DNA of 64,000 nucleotides from Escherichia coli (GTDB lineage Bacteria; Pseudomonadota; Gammaproteobacteria; Enterobacterales; Enterobacteriaceae): NCBI RefSeq assembly GCF_044324875.1, contig NZ_CP172185.1; one strand, 5' to 3'. Shown piece by piece: positions 32,130 to 43,859 of this stretch (position 1 is its first letter; each line of letters starts with the position of its first letter). The notes under the pieces were generated by a model. It saw only the letters and a program-made list of their open reading frames with translations, ran no database searches and was not told where the DNA came from. The position numbers and the translations under genes were made by a program.

Positions 32130-32442
32130 TAACAATCCAGGGTAATGGGCGAGGCGAGAGTAAGACGGTAACAGACATATCTTCTTGTGTCTTTCTTTTA
32201 ATACCAAAAGATAACCGTTTCTTTACATTAATGAAAAGTGGAAAAAGTTGAAGACGATTTGTCGAAAATTCTTGTATAGGTTGTCATTTAAATGATGCAA
32301 TATTTTTTATCATAAGTTGTTGTTTTATATGTATTAGCACTAAATGCAAAAAATTAATTTATCATTCTGTACACATATTTCGTACAAGTTTGCTATTGTT
32401 ACCTCACTTAACATTGATTAACATTTTTAACAGAGGCGTAGC

Positions 32443-32679
32443 ATGCATCAAAATTCAGTGACTTCAGATTCTGCGGGAGCAATCACTCGTTACTTTGCAA
32501 AAGCTAACTTGCCTACTCAGCAGGAAACTCTCGGGGAAATTGTGACTGAGATTTTGAAAGATGGACGTAATCTGAGTCGAAAGTCGCTTTGTGCCAAACT
32601 TCTTTGCCGACTGGAACAAGCGACAGGGGAAGAGGAACAGAAACATTATAATGCACTAATTGGGTTGCTTTTTGAATAA
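32443..32679 (+). CDS. ycgZ: YcgZ, connector protein of the Ycg/Ymg biofilm module.
   Basis: 78-aa ORF divergent from bluF, K-12 synteny. Confidence 0.85.
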   Translation: MHQNSVTSDSAGAITRYFAKANLPTQQETLGEIVTEILKDGRNLSRKSLCAKLLCRLEQATGEEEQKHYNALIGLLFE

Positions 32680-32721
32680 TGCAACAGCCTGATTATTTAA
32701 CAGGTTAGCTATGAAGTCGTT

Positions 32722-32994
32722 ATGAAGACATCTGATAATGAAAGTATAAAATATGAAATTACTGGCCAGGCGGTGCTCCATATACTGCGCATGAAGATAA
32801 ATTTTTCGTTGCAGACTCTTATTAAGCAATTACTCGTAATGAAATCGGCTGAGGAAAATGCTTTCCGACGAGATTTAATTGACAGCATAATTCGTGATTT
32901 TAGCAACAGTGATACAGGAGGGCCAAACAGAAGAACAGCGATAGCTGACAATAAAAGTATGTTCAATGGTAAGAAAATAAACAGAATACATTAA
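32722..32994 (+). CDS. ymgA: YmgA connector protein.
   Basis: 90-aa ORF, K-12 synteny. Confidence 0.85.
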   Translation: MKTSDNESIKYEITGQAVLHILRMKINFSLQTLIKQLLVMKSAEENAFRRDLIDSIIRDFSNSDTGGPNRRTAIADNKSMFNGKKINRIH

Positions 32995-33022
32995 AATTTC
33001 ATAAGTAAGATGAGAGGTTACC

Positions 33023-33289
33023 ATGCTTGAAGATACTACTATTCATAATGCAATAACTGATAAAGCGTTATCAAGTTACTTTCGTAGTTCAGGTAATTTG
33101 TTAGAAGAAGAGTCAGCTGTGTTAGGGCAGGCTGTGACCAATTTAATGCTTTCAGGCGATAATGTTAATAATAAAAATATTATCTTAAGTCTGATACACT
33201 CCCTGGAAACAACAAATGATATTCTTAAAGCTGATGTGATTAGAAAAACACTGGAAATCGTGTTGCGATACACAGCTGATGATATGTAA
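33023..33289 (+). CDS. ariR: AriR (YmgB), acid-resistance/biofilm regulator.
   Basis: 88-aa ORF, K-12 synteny. Confidence 0.85.
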   Translation: MLEDTTIHNAITDKALSSYFRSSGNLLEEESAVLGQAVTNLMLSGDNVNNKNIILSLIHSLETTNDILKADVIRKTLEIVLRYTADDM

Positions 33290-33401
33290 CTTTTAATTGT
33301 TAAGTATAAGTTTTTAGAAAACTCATTCATCTTATTTTTGTCTGTCGCTTTAGACTATACACAGCATAATTTTATTGGGTCACTATTCCTACGAGGCTGA
33401 C

Positions 33402-33650
33402 ATGAATAATTCAATCCCAGAGAGATTTATTTTTCAATGTGCTTTGTTTAAAAATCTCGAGAGGGAGGTGTTCATGACGCATGGATATGTTGATAGTCAT
33501 ATAATTGATCAGGCTTTACGCTTGCGTTTAAAAGATGAAACCAGTGTGATTCTTTCTGATCTCTATCTGCAAATCTTGCAGTACATTGAAATGCATAAGA
33601 CTACACTAACGGATATCATTATTAATGACAGGGAATCCGTGCTCTCTTAG
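33402..33650 (+). CDS. ymgC: YmgC.
   Basis: ORF 33375..33650; start taken at MNNSIPERF. Confidence 0.7.
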   Translation: MNNSIPERFIFQCALFKNLEREVFMTHGYVDSHIIDQALRLRLKDETSVILSDLYLQILQYIEMHKTTLTDIIINDRESVLS

Positions 33651-33985
33651 AACTTGTGGAAGGTTTTAGAATAAAGATCAGATGTCTCATCATGCTGGTG
33701 CAAAGTGAGCATTTCAGGCGTTATGCTTTCTTAATATATACGCAATATCAGGGAGCAAACAAGAATGGAGAGCGCTCGGTTTCCATTCTTGACGCCTGAT
33801 TTCCCGCCTAATTTGTTTAATTCTGCCTACATTATGCTCAATAATTAATAGGTTAGATGAAGATGGAGAAAATTTTATCTTCGGCGTGGATATTTGTGAT
33901 GCTCTCTACCATGCTCTCTGTAGACGCCAGCGCGAGCGAATGAATGTCATTTTTATGTATTAAACCCTTTGGCCGGGACAAGTGA

Positions 33986-35509
33986 ATGCGCAATACACTC
34001 ATACCCATCCTCATTGCGATATGCTTGTTTATAACCGGTGTCGCTATTTTGAACATCCAGCTCTGGTATTCCGCAAAAGCAGAGTACCTGGCGGGAGCAA
34101 GATATGCCGCCAACAATATCAATCATATACTTGAAGAAGCGTCACAGGCGACTCAAACGGCGGTTAACATTGCCGGGAAGGAATGCGACCTCGAGGAGCA
34201 ATATCAGCTTGGCACTGAAGCAGCTCTGAAACCTCACCTGCGCACAATCATCATTCTCAAACAGGGAACGGTCTGGTGTACATCCTTACCGGGGAATCGG
34301 GTCCTGCTGTCTCGTATTCCTGTTTTCCCGGACAGTAATTTACTGCTGGCTCCGGCAATCGACACCGTTAATAGATTACCTATCCTGCTCTATCAGAGCC
34401 AATTTGCAGATACGCGCATTTTGGTTACGATAAGTGATCAGCATATTCGCGGGGCGCTTAATGTACCCTTGAAAGGGGTAAGGTATGTATTACGCGTGGC
34501 AGATGACATTATTGGACCTACGGGTGATGTGATGACGCTTAATGGACACTATCCCTATACCGAGAAGGTTCACTCCACAAAATATCATTTCACTATTATC
34601 TTTAACCCGCCGCCACTCTTTAGCTTCTACAGACTTATCGATAAAGGCTTTGGGATTTTGATATTTATTCTGTTAATCGCCTGCGCCGCTGCCTTCCTGC
34701 TTGATAGGTATTTCAATAAAAGCGCAACGCCTGAAGAGATCCTGCGACGGGCTATAAATAATGGAGAGATCGTCCCATTTTACCAACCTGTGGTAAATGG
34801 TCGGGAAGGGACATTGCGGGGAGTTGAGGTGTTAGCCCGCTGGAAACAACCTCACGGTGGATATATATCACCCGCGGCATTTATTCCACTTGCTGAAAAA
34901 TCCGGATTAATCGTTCCGCTTACGCAAAGCCTGATGAATCAGGTTGCCAGACAGATGAACGCTATCGCGAGTAAACTGCCGGAAGGTTTTCATATTGGGA
35001 TTAATTTTAGCGCCTCGCATATTATTTCGCCGACATTTGTCGACGAGTGCTTAAATTACCGTGACAGTTTTACCCGTCGCGATTTAAACCTCGTTCTGGA
35101 AGTTACCGAGCGTGAGCCATTAAATGTTGATGAGAGTCTGGTTCAGCGGTTGAACATTCTGCATGAAAATGGTTTTGTCATCGCGCTGGATGATTTCGGT
35201 ACTGGCTACTCAGGGCTTTCTTATCTGCATGACCTGCATATTGATTATATCAAAATTGATCACAGTTTCGTTGGCCGCGTAAACGCAGACCCAGAATCAA
35301 CTCGGATTCTGGATTGTGTATTGGATCTGGCGCGTAAACTTTCGATTAGTATCGTCGCTGAAGGTGTCGAAACGAAAGAACAACTTGACTATCTGAATCA
35401 AAATAATATCACATTTCAGCAGGGTTATTATTTCTATAAACCGGTAACATACATCGACCTGGTCAAAATTATCCTTTCTAAACCGAAGGTGAAGGTTGTG
35501 GTTGAGTAA
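33986..35509 (+). CDS. pdeG: c-di-GMP phosphodiesterase PdeG (YcgG; CSS-motif sensor plus EAL domain).
   Basis: 507 aa with an N-terminal TM segment and EAL-domain motifs (EVLARW, DDFGTGYS). Confidence 0.9.
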   Translation: MRNTLIPILIAICLFITGVAILNIQLWYSAKAEYLAGARYAANNINHILEEASQATQTAVNIAGKECDLEEQYQLGTEAALKPHLRTIIILKQGTVWCTSLPGNRVLLSRIPVFPDSNLLLAPAIDTVNRLPILLYQSQFADTRILVTISDQHIRGALNVPLKGVRYVLRVADDIIGPTGDVMTLNGHYPYTEKVHSTKYHFTIIFNPPPLFSFYRLIDKGFGILIFILLIACAAAFLLDRYFNKSATPEEILRRAINNGEIVPFYQPVVNGREGTLRGVEVLARWKQPHGGYISPAAFIPLAEKSGLIVPLTQSLMNQVARQMNAIASKLPEGFHIGINFSASHIISPTFVDECLNYRDSFTRRDLNLVLEVTEREPLNVDESLVQRLNILHENGFVIALDDFGTGYSGLSYLHDLHIDYIKIDHSFVGRVNADPESTRILDCVLDLARKLSISIVAEGVETKEQLDYLNQNNITFQQGYYFYKPVTYIDLVKIILSKPKVKVVVE

Positions 35510-35640
35510 AAATTGATCAGTAAGGCCATGGTGCGGTGTAATTATAGACAGCTAATTAGCTCGTTGCCTCTTGTTACTATTGTTCATTATTTTGTTTGCT
35601 ATAATTGTTTGAAAGTTTTGACAGGATTGCCATTAGTAGC

Positions 35641-35859
35641 ATGAACAATAGTAATAATCTGGATTATTTCACTCTCTATATCATCTTTTCCATTGCATTT
35701 ATGCTGATCACTCTCCTGGTCATCCTTATTGCAAAACCCAGTACCGGGCTGGGAGAAGTGCTTGTGACGATAAATTTGCTTAATGCCCTTGTTTGGCTGG
35801 CGATCAATCTGGTTAATCGATTAAGGGAAAGACTCGTAAGCCACAGGGAGCAGCAATAA
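35641..35859 (+). CDS. ymgF: Small inner-membrane protein YmgF.
   Basis: ORF 35605..35859; start taken at MNNSNNLDYF (72 aa), hydrophobic. Confidence 0.7.
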   Translation: MNNSNNLDYFTLYIIFSIAFMLITLLVILIAKPSTGLGEVLVTINLLNALVWLAINLVNRLRERLVSHREQQ

Positions 35860-36258
35860 TCTTTCAGTTTCTCACTGTCAGTATGCGGCTGAATGGGTTG
35901 CTGGCAGTGAACGCCTGGATCATTGAAGGAAAGGTATTATTGCGCAAATAGTTGTCAACCCTGGTGTTATCACAGTTGTTTTTATATATCATCGAAATAA
36001 TTCCCATGGCAACTATCAACAATTTTGATGTCGAAGAGTTATTTGTTAAACAAAATCGTCACTCCAAAGTGATCAATGTCATGAAAATAAGGTGAAAAAT
36101 GATAATGCCGACTTATTTATCATTTATGTATTGTCGCTGTTTATCTATTTAAATTTCTTGTGCTTTTGTTTTTGTCTTTACCCTCCGTTTTGGTAATCTG
36201 AACTCATAGGTTATTTGACCAGGAATGTTTGTTAATCCAATGAATGGATGGTTAATCT

Positions 36259-38464
36259 ATGAAACTGAAAAAACTCCCCGGGTTTAGTTTAGGACTTATT
36301 GCTTTGGCGGTGGGTAATGCATATGCAACACAATTATTGGATGATTATAGTATAATTTCCTATATAACTGATGAAGAATCGCCGATTGAAATCAAAGATA
36401 ATAATCCGATAAGTAATGGAGAGTATCTAACCACTAAAGACGAAAGCCATGCTGTGAAAGTGGATGACGGTGTAACTGGATATATAAATAATGCCAGTGT
36501 GATGACTAGTGGTGATGGATCTTATGGTATTTCTGTTGATAGTCAAAACAAAGTATTATATATAAGCGATAGCGATATTAAGACCTCTGGAAGCGTATCT
36601 GACAAAGGAAATAACCAAGGTGTTAATGGAGGGATAACAGCCAGCGCAGTAGTCAGTGAATTTGGTGGCACCATCGTTATGAATGGTGATAATTCAGTCG
36701 AGACGAGGGGGGCATATTCAGCGGGACTTTTAAGTCAGGTTAATGATTCTGGTATTGTGGAAAATAACACCCGTCTTGAAACCACAGATAAAACGAACAT
36801 TGTTACCTATGGGGAAAATGCAGTAGGTGTTCTTGCATGTTCAAGTCCTGGAGAGTCTCGAACATGTGTCGATGCTGTAGATGATGAAGTTAGTGATTCT
36901 AACAGTTACGAAGTTATTAGCCGTGCTGATTTAAAAATGAATGGTGGTTCCATAACAACTAATGGCACTAATAGCTATGGTGCTTATGCTAATGGGGAAA
37001 AAGCATATATTAATTTAGATTATGTGGCACTTGAAACCGGGGAGCATGGAAGTTATGCAGTTGCTATTCGACAAGGTAACATTGATATAAAAAATAGTTC
37101 TATTACAACAAAAGGCACTAAAGCCCCCATTGCAAAAATATACAATGGTGGAAAGTTATTTTTTTCCAATGTCACCGCGGTATCAGAACAAGATAAAGGA
37201 ATATCAATTGATGCATCAAATATCGATTCTCAAGCCAAAATAGCACTATCAAGTGTCGAACTTTCAAGTGCTTTGGATAGTATTAATGTTAACAAAACTT
37301 CAACGGATGTAAGCATCCTTAATCGAAGTATTATCACGCCTGGTAATAATATTCTGGTTAATAATACTGGAGGTGGCTTAAACATAATTTCGTCCGACTC
37401 TACTCTAAATGGAGCGACTAAACTCGTTAGCGGCACAACTACACTGAAGCTTTCAGAAAACACAATCTGGAATATGAAAGATGACTCCGTTGTTACCCAT
37501 CTGACTAATTCAGACAGTATTATCAATCTTTCGTATGATGATGGTCAAACATTTACCCAGGGAAAAACGTTAACCGTAAAAGGTAATTATGTCGGTAATA
37601 ATGGTCAGCTTAATATCCGCACCGTATTAGGTGATGATAAATCGGCTACTGACAGACTTATTGTTGAGGGTAATACTTCGGGTTCAACTACCGTCTATGT
37701 GAAAAATGCTGGAGGAAGCGGCGCGGCCACGCTAAATGGGATCGAACTCATAACTGTGAATGGCGATGAATCTCCAGCAGATGCCTTCAGACAAGGTGAT
37801 GCAAGGATTGCAGCTGGAGCTTTCGAATATCAACTAAAACAACAAGGCAAAACTGGTATTTGACAAGTTATCAGTCAGTGAATGAGGAGGATAACAGCTC
37901 AGAGGGAAATTCAGAATCAACAGAAACGCCTACCCCCGTTCTGCGCCCCGAAGCTGGAAGTTACGTCGCCAACCTGGCAGCCGCTAACACTCTTTTTGTT
38001 ATGCGTCTGAACGATCGTGCAGGTGAAACGCGCTACATCGATCCTGTAACTGAACAGGAGCGTTCAAGCCGACTTTGGCTACGTCAAATTGGCGGGCATA
38101 ATGCCTGGCGTGACAGCAACGGACAGTTGAGAACGACCTCGCATCGCTACGTCTCGCAGTTAGGGGCGGATCTGTTAACCGGTGGTTTTACCGACAGTGA
38201 CAGTTGGCGTTTGGGAGTGATGGCTGGTTATGCCCGCGACTACAACTCAACTCATTCCAGCGTGTCGGATTATCGTTCGAAAGGGAGTGTCAGAGGCTAT
38301 AGCGCAGGGCTGTATGCCACCTGGTTTGCCGATGACATCAGTAAAAAAGGCGCATACATTGACGCCTGGGCGCAATATAGCTGGTTTAAAAACTCGGTGA
38401 AAGGAGATGAATTAGCCTATGAATCCTATAGCGCGAAAGGTGCAACCGTCTCGCTTGCGTATTC
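36259..38464 (+). pseudogene. ycgH: ycgH autotransporter, N-terminal passenger part, with a frame change at ~37860 and truncated by IS21-family insertion at ~38465.
   Basis: Two consecutive ORFs (36259..37863, 37860..38558) in different frames; signal peptide MKLKKLPGFSLGLIALAVGNAYA; repetitive passenger-like sequence. Confidence 0.7.
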
Positions 38465-38554
38465 CGCTCTATTCGATCACGGATTGGCATCGAAGTCCGA
38501 TCAGCGATTCGCATCCATTCGATCAACCGGGAACTTAACTTTTTCTACCGCTTT

Positions 38555-39310
38555 TTAACGCGTTTTTTCGCTGCTTTCCACTACCGGGGGATTTTTCCTC
38601 AGTGACTCTCCCTGAAGGACCACTCGGTGTGAGTTATGTACCAGTCTGTCCAGGATGGCATCTGCTGTTGTTGGGTTCTCCATCAGACCATGCCATTTAT
38701 CTACCGGGAACTGGCTTACCACTATCGTGCTGCTTTGTCCGTAACGATCCTCTATGAGCTCCAGAAGGTCATTACACTGGGCGTTACTTAACTGTTCCAG
38801 CCCCAGATCGTCCAGGATTAGAACCTGTATTTTTTGCAACTGTTTCAGATATTTCAGCCAGCTGCCATCAACACGTCCCTGAGCCAGTTGTTCCAGTAAT
38901 CGCCCGGTTCTACAGTACCGGACGCTGTGTTTCTGTCGACATGCCTGTTCGCCCAGCGCATTGGCTATCCAGCTCTTGCCACATCCTGTCGGACCGGTTA
39001 TCAGCAGGTTTTTCCTGTGGGTTATGTAGTGGCCGTTCAGCAGTTCTCTCATCTGTTCAGCCCGCAGACCTCTTGAGGCCGGATAGCGCAGCCCTTCCGG
39101 TGTTGCCTGGTATTTCAGGCCGGCATTTTTTCTCAACCGTGCCACACGGCTGTTTTCCCTGCTCAGAAGCTCGTCATCAACCAGCAGCGTCAGCCTTTCC
39201 TCGAACGACAGTTCGTCGTAGGTCTGAGGCGTTTCCCGCTGCCGTATCAGGCTCCCGGCCATCGCCGGGAGTTTCAGTTGGGTCAGTTTGTTTAACAGGT
39301 TATCACTCAT
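38555..39310 (-). CDS. istB: IS21-family helper ATPase IstB.
   Basis: Walker A GPTGCGKS, Walker B LILDDLG; start taken at MSDNLLNKLTQLKLP. Confidence 0.85.
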   Translation of the reverse strand: MSDNLLNKLTQLKLPAMAGSLIRQRETPQTYDELSFEERLTLLVDDELLSRENSRVARLRKNAGLKYQATPEGLRYPASRGLRAEQMRELLNGHYITHRKNLLITGPTGCGKSWIANALGEQACRQKHSVRYCRTGRLLEQLAQGRVDGSWLKYLKQLQKIQVLILDDLGLEQLSNAQCNDLLELIEDRYGQSSTIVVSQFPVDKWHGLMENPTTADAILDRLVHNSHRVVLQGESLRKNPPVVESSEKTR

Positions 39311-39326
39311 ACTGTTGTTCCTTCTG

Positions 39327-40892
39327 TCAGTGGTAGTAGCCCGGACCACGCAGGTTTTCATGCTCTGAAGCATATGCCGGATGTTGTTCGCCCTGGCGGG
39401 ATAATGGAAGCTCCAGGTTCTCCCGATGGTGACGCAGCAGATTGTCGATAAAGCGTCTGTCAGGGGCGTTATAGTGCAGGGCAACGTAACAGGCCTTTTC
39501 CAGCCGTTCCGGGCCGTATTTTTTCTGAAGTGCCAGCAGCCCCAGAACTGCACGATAAGCCAGTTCCGGATGGGGTTTTGCCTTCAGCATGGATTCAACC
39601 ACCCGGCCTGTGGACGGGCCCGTACGTTTTCCCTGCTCGATCAGGCGTTCCGGTGTCCATGTCCCGTGCTGCCGGTGGCGCTCTGGCATGTGAAGCGGAT
39701 TGGTTGTGTGTTTATATTCATGTGTGCTGCGCGGATGTTGCGCCACACACTGCCCCTTGTGCCAGAGCTGTACCACCGACTGCCCCGCCTTCAGTGACAG
39801 ACGCTGACCGACCAGTTCGTGTGGAACGGAGTACCAGTGACGGGCATATTCAACGTGGTAGTCAGGGCCAACCTTCACAGCTTTGTATTCCGTGTATTCA
39901 TAAGGTGCCAGAGGCAGCGGAGAGAGTGCTGGCGCATCCAGTATGCGGAAGCGTTCTGCACGGGTTTGATTGCCGTACCCCTTCATTGGCCGGTTATTCA
40001 TGTCTGTCAGTAACTCCCTAAGGCGCGCATTCAGCGCCCTGAGCGTGTGGAAGGTTTCATTACGGATGCGGGCAAGAAGCCATCGTTCAACGATGAGGAC
40101 GCCGTTTTCTGCTTTTGGTTTATCTTTAGGTTTGCGTGGTCGGGCCGGGATGATAACCGTGCCATAGTGCTCAGCCAGTGCCTGATAACTGTCGTTGATG
40201 ACAGGCTCATATCGATCGGCCTTTTTCACTGCGCTTCTGAGGTTATCGGGGATGAGCAGCTTCGGTACGCCGCCCAGGAAGGTCAGGCAACGGCTGTGGG
40301 CATTTAACCATGACATCATGTCCTGACCTTCGCACGCTTCAACGTAGGTATAGTTGGACGCCCCCATTACGGCCACGAAGATTGCCACGCGGCGTATCTC
40401 ACCGGTGTCCGGATTAATAACAGGAACCGTAGGACCACAGAAGTCGATAAAAAGCTTTTCGCCGGCACGATGCTCCTGGCGCATGGAGAGACGTCGCGTT
40501 TTTTTCCACTCCCGGTAGCAACGGCAGAAGTGCGAGTATCCCATCGCTTTGTTACCCGCCTGTGCCTTGTATTCCATCCACAACAGTTGCCGCGTCACAC
40601 CTGGTTTTCTCATTTCCGTATCGAAGTACAACATGTCAGGCATTACAAGCTCTGATGCAAAGGTGTCTTTGGGCGGAAAAATGAGTTTCTCCAGCGTGTC
40701 ATGGGATATATCAGCAGGTAATGGCCATGACAGAGAAGAGGCTTTGAAGCGGGCAAGAACCTCAAAAACGGTTGAGGCGCTGATGTGTAACGTCAGTCCG
40801 ATACAACGGTTAGTCAGCTTCTTGTCGAACTTGAGCTGAAGGATCTTAAAACAGGTTTCCATAGTGCTCCTGGATTTTCTCTTTCTGGACAT
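39327..40892 (-). CDS. istA: IS21-family transposase IstA (start uncertain).
   Basis: Large ORF 39327..40973 with an N-terminal HTH and DDE-type core, immediately upstream of istB. Confidence 0.8.
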   Translation of the reverse strand: MSRKRKSRSTMETCFKILQLKFDKKLTNRCIGLTLHISASTVFEVLARFKASSLSWPLPADISHDTLEKLIFPPKDTFASELVMPDMLYFDTEMRKPGVTRQLLWMEYKAQAGNKAMGYSHFCRCYREWKKTRRLSMRQEHRAGEKLFIDFCGPTVPVINPDTGEIRRVAIFVAVMGASNYTYVEACEGQDMMSWLNAHSRCLTFLGGVPKLLIPDNLRSAVKKADRYEPVINDSYQALAEHYGTVIIPARPRKPKDKPKAENGVLIVERWLLARIRNETFHTLRALNARLRELLTDMNNRPMKGYGNQTRAERFRILDAPALSPLPLAPYEYTEYKAVKVGPDYHVEYARHWYSVPHELVGQRLSLKAGQSVVQLWHKGQCVAQHPRSTHEYKHTTNPLHMPERHRQHGTWTPERLIEQGKRTGPSTGRVVESMLKAKPHPELAYRAVLGLLALQKKYGPERLEKACYVALHYNAPDRRFIDNLLRHHRENLELPLSRQGEQHPAYASEHENLRGPGYYH

Positions 40893-41090
40893 TGACGTCT
40901 CCACTGGTTTAAACACGGCAATGGAGACTGTGGTGAAAAGAGTTAATTCCCGGAGTGACTGGCAGGATGCCAATCAATGATCGGAAGCATGCCAAATCGT
41001 GATCGATTGTGATGCCAAACTGTGATCGGAGATGGATGCCAAATCATGATCGATTCGAATGCCAAACTGCGATCGATTCAGATGCCATTT

Positions 41091-41566
41091 TGCACTCGCT
41101 GGAAGCGGGTTACGGTTTTGCCCTGAATAAATCCTTTGGTCTGGAAGCGGCGAAATATACGTGGATCTTCCAGCCACAGGCACAGGCTATCTGGATGGGC
41201 GTCGATCATAATGCGCACACGGAAGCCAATGGCTCACGTATTGAGAATGACGCAAATAACAACATCCAGACCCGACTTGGTTTCCGCTCCTTTATTCGTA
41301 CTCAGGAGAAAAACAGCGGTCCGCACGGTGACGACTTTGAACCTTTTGTTGAAATGAACTGGATCCATAACAGTAAAGATTTTGCTGTCTCAATGAACGG
41401 TGTGAAAGTCGAACAAGACGGGGCGCGTAATCTGGGGGAAATTAAACTTGGCGTAAATGGCAATCTGAATCCGGCGGCCAGCGTCTGGGGTAATGTGGGC
41501 GTGCAGCTGGGTGATAATGGCTACAATGACACCGCAGTGATGGTGGGCCTGAAATATAAGTTCTGA
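41091..41566 (+). pseudogene. ycgH: ycgH autotransporter C-terminal beta-barrel fragment, downstream of the IS.
   Basis: Translation ...GVQLGDNGYNDTAVMVGLKYKF with an aromatic C-terminus typical of autotransporter barrels. Confidence 0.6.
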
Positions 41567-41621
41567 TCCCCGTTAGCTAAAATACCGCGTCGAATTCATC
41601 GACGCGGTAACATATTAAATA

Positions 41622-41951
41622 TTATTTTTTGCCGATAGCACGCATGGTGTCATCAATTGCCGTGATCAACAGCATTTGCGGGTCTTTAGCGCAAACCTGA
41701 TTCAGTTTTTCTACCACTTTGGCGCTCAGTTCCGGAGATTGCTCAATTTTTAAATCACGGCTGGCAACGCTGGCATTACCCATTACCGCAACAATTTCTG
41801 CAACCTGTGCGCTGTCAGTTTTTGCCATTTCGTTGGCTTCTGCGCAAGTAATATAGGTTTCTGACGGCAAACCGTTTTTAATATTGTAGTCCTGCGCCCA
41901 GGTCATTGGTGCGAAAACAAACAGACCCGCCAGTAAAGCAAATTTTTTCAT
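41622..41951 (-). CDS. ymgD: YmgD (periplasmic protein).
   Basis: ORF with signal peptide MKKFALLAGLFVFAPMTWA. Confidence 0.8.
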   Translation of the reverse strand: MKKFALLAGLFVFAPMTWAQDYNIKNGLPSETYITCAEANEMAKTDSAQVAEIVAVMGNASVASRDLKIEQSPELSAKVVEKLNQVCAKDPQMLLITAIDDTMRAIGKK

Positions 41952-41960
41952 CATCATTCC

Positions 41961-42305
41961 TTATTTCATTTTACCCAGAATTGCACCACCCGTACCGCCA
42001 ATCACGGCACCTTTAATCGCCCCTTCGAGGCCATTGCCGGTCAGAACGCCAGTGACAGCACCAACAGCGGCACCCACTTTTGCACCTTTACGCGCATTTT
42101 TACCGTCGCGGCCTTTTTCTGTTACTGCACCAACACCAGCGCCAACAGCTGCACCTTTCAGTACGCCATTAACACCATTGCCAGTAAGTAAACCAACGCC
42201 TGCGCCTAGCAATGCACCTTTCGTGGTGCGATTCATATCCGCCATCGCTGGCGTGGAGCAGAACAATGCTGAGATAAGCCCGAAGGCAAGTATTTTTTTC
42301 TTCAA
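41961..42305 (-). CDS. ymgG: YmgG (glycine-zipper protein).
   Basis: 114 aa, Gly/Ala-rich repeats ([15 protein letters not shown]...). Confidence 0.8.
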
Positions 42306-42780
42306 CTTAGATGTCCGGTATTAAGTAAGTTGCACACACAATAATTTCGTCTTCAATTAAGATCTGCTTAACTAAAGAACGCTCGCTATTATTCAGATAA
42401 TTCAAAATGAGCGTGACTGTGATGATAGGAATTATGTTTTTTACGGGAATGAGAATAATCTCAAATGAGAAATAACTCATTGATTGACAATATTTTTATT
42501 CAAGAAGTGTCATTGACTGTTAATACAATGTTGTAAAGGTAAGATAATCTGATTTATCAATATTATTGTGTGATTTTTATGTGAGCAGAAGATATTCATC
42601 AGCAACGATTACATTAGTCATTTTATTTTGCCGACGGCCTCATTGTCGAAAAATAAGCGTACGACAGTATTATCAGAAAAGAGTGTTTTATATCCAACCA
42701 CACCTCAGCGCACAGCGTTTAAAAAATGCCTCTTTCTTATGCGGGATATCATCATTTCATCATAATGTCTTTGATGAGCG

Positions 42781-43224
42781 GTGAACATAATACACTTGCG
42801 CTGTCTCTTCAGAATCAATCCCCTGGTCTGGTGCCTGCGGGCTGATGTTGCAGCAGAGCTAAGGTCGCTTAGAGGCTACTATCATTTATCCAATGGCATG
42901 GAATCGAAATTATTCGATACCCGCAGTATATATCGTGAACTGGGCGCAACGCTGAGTTACAACATGCGTCTGGGTAACGGTATGGAAGTTGAGCCGTGGC
43001 TGAAGGCGGCTGTGCGCAAAGAATTTGTCGATGATAACCGGGTGAAAGTGAATAATGACGGTAATTTTGTCAATGATTTGTCGGACAGACGTGGAATATA
43101 CCAGGCAGGTATTAAAGTCTCATTCAGCAGTTCGTTAAGCGGGCATCTCGGGGTGGGGTATAGCCATGGTGCCGGTGTGGAATCCCCGTGGAACGCGGTG
43201 GCTGGTGCGAACTGGTCGTTCTGA
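42781..43224 (+). pseudogene. ycgI: ycgI-like autotransporter beta-domain fragment.
   Basis: C-terminal ...GVGYSHGAGVESPWNAVAGANWSF resembles an autotransporter barrel terminus; no passenger domain upstream. Confidence 0.45.
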
Positions 43225-43589
43225 CCATCAACGATTAAACTGCGCTTCGGCGCAGTTTCCGTTTACAGGATGTTAAAAGAGAAAATTCTGCGGCAAAAAA
43301 AGCCCGCCAGTTACGGCGGGAAACCTCATCCTATGGGAGAACAATGAATAATGAAATTGCGGGGTTATCATCTCCCAGTATACCCATACTAACAATAAGG
43401 TTATTTACTCAGCCAGGTATAAACAATTTGTTCTGTGTGGGGGGAACGGCATTAAGGTGTAAAGGGGGGGAAGCAATGAGTAGCATCAGCAAGAATACTC
43501 GCCGCTCTTATCAAACGTGGATGAGGGGGATGAAAAACTCAAGGCAGAGATAACTCTGCCTTGAAGATAAATGCGCTTTTACAGCGGGC

Positions 43590-43856
43590 TTATTTCAGCT
43601 CTTCTGCTTCCGGCAAGGTCACGTTCAGCTCAAGAATAGAAATATCGCCATCTTTTTGCTCAAGCTGTACGGTTACCATCTCAGGATCAATTTGTACGTA
43701 TTTACAAATGACCTCAAGAATATCTTTACGCAACTGCGGCAGATAATGCGGTTCTGCATCGCTGCGACGGCGTTCAGCAACAATAATCTGCAGCCGTTCT
43801 TTTGCAATGTTGGCCGTGTTTTTCTTCCGCGAGAGAAAGAAATCGAGTAATGCCAT
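43590..43856 (-). CDS. minE: Cell-division topological specificity factor MinE.
   Basis: 88 aa, [31 protein letters not shown]... Confidence 0.95.
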
Positions 43857-43859
43857 AAC

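Larger units (their letters stand above)
38465..41090 (-). mobile_element. IS21-family insertion sequence (istA-istB) inserted into ycgH; boundaries approximate.
   Basis: Multiple TGCCAAA(C/T)NGTGATCGATT terminal repeats at 40985–41085 and inverted copies (TCGATCACGGATTGGCA) at ~38470–38530, flanking the two IS genes. Confidence 0.75.
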
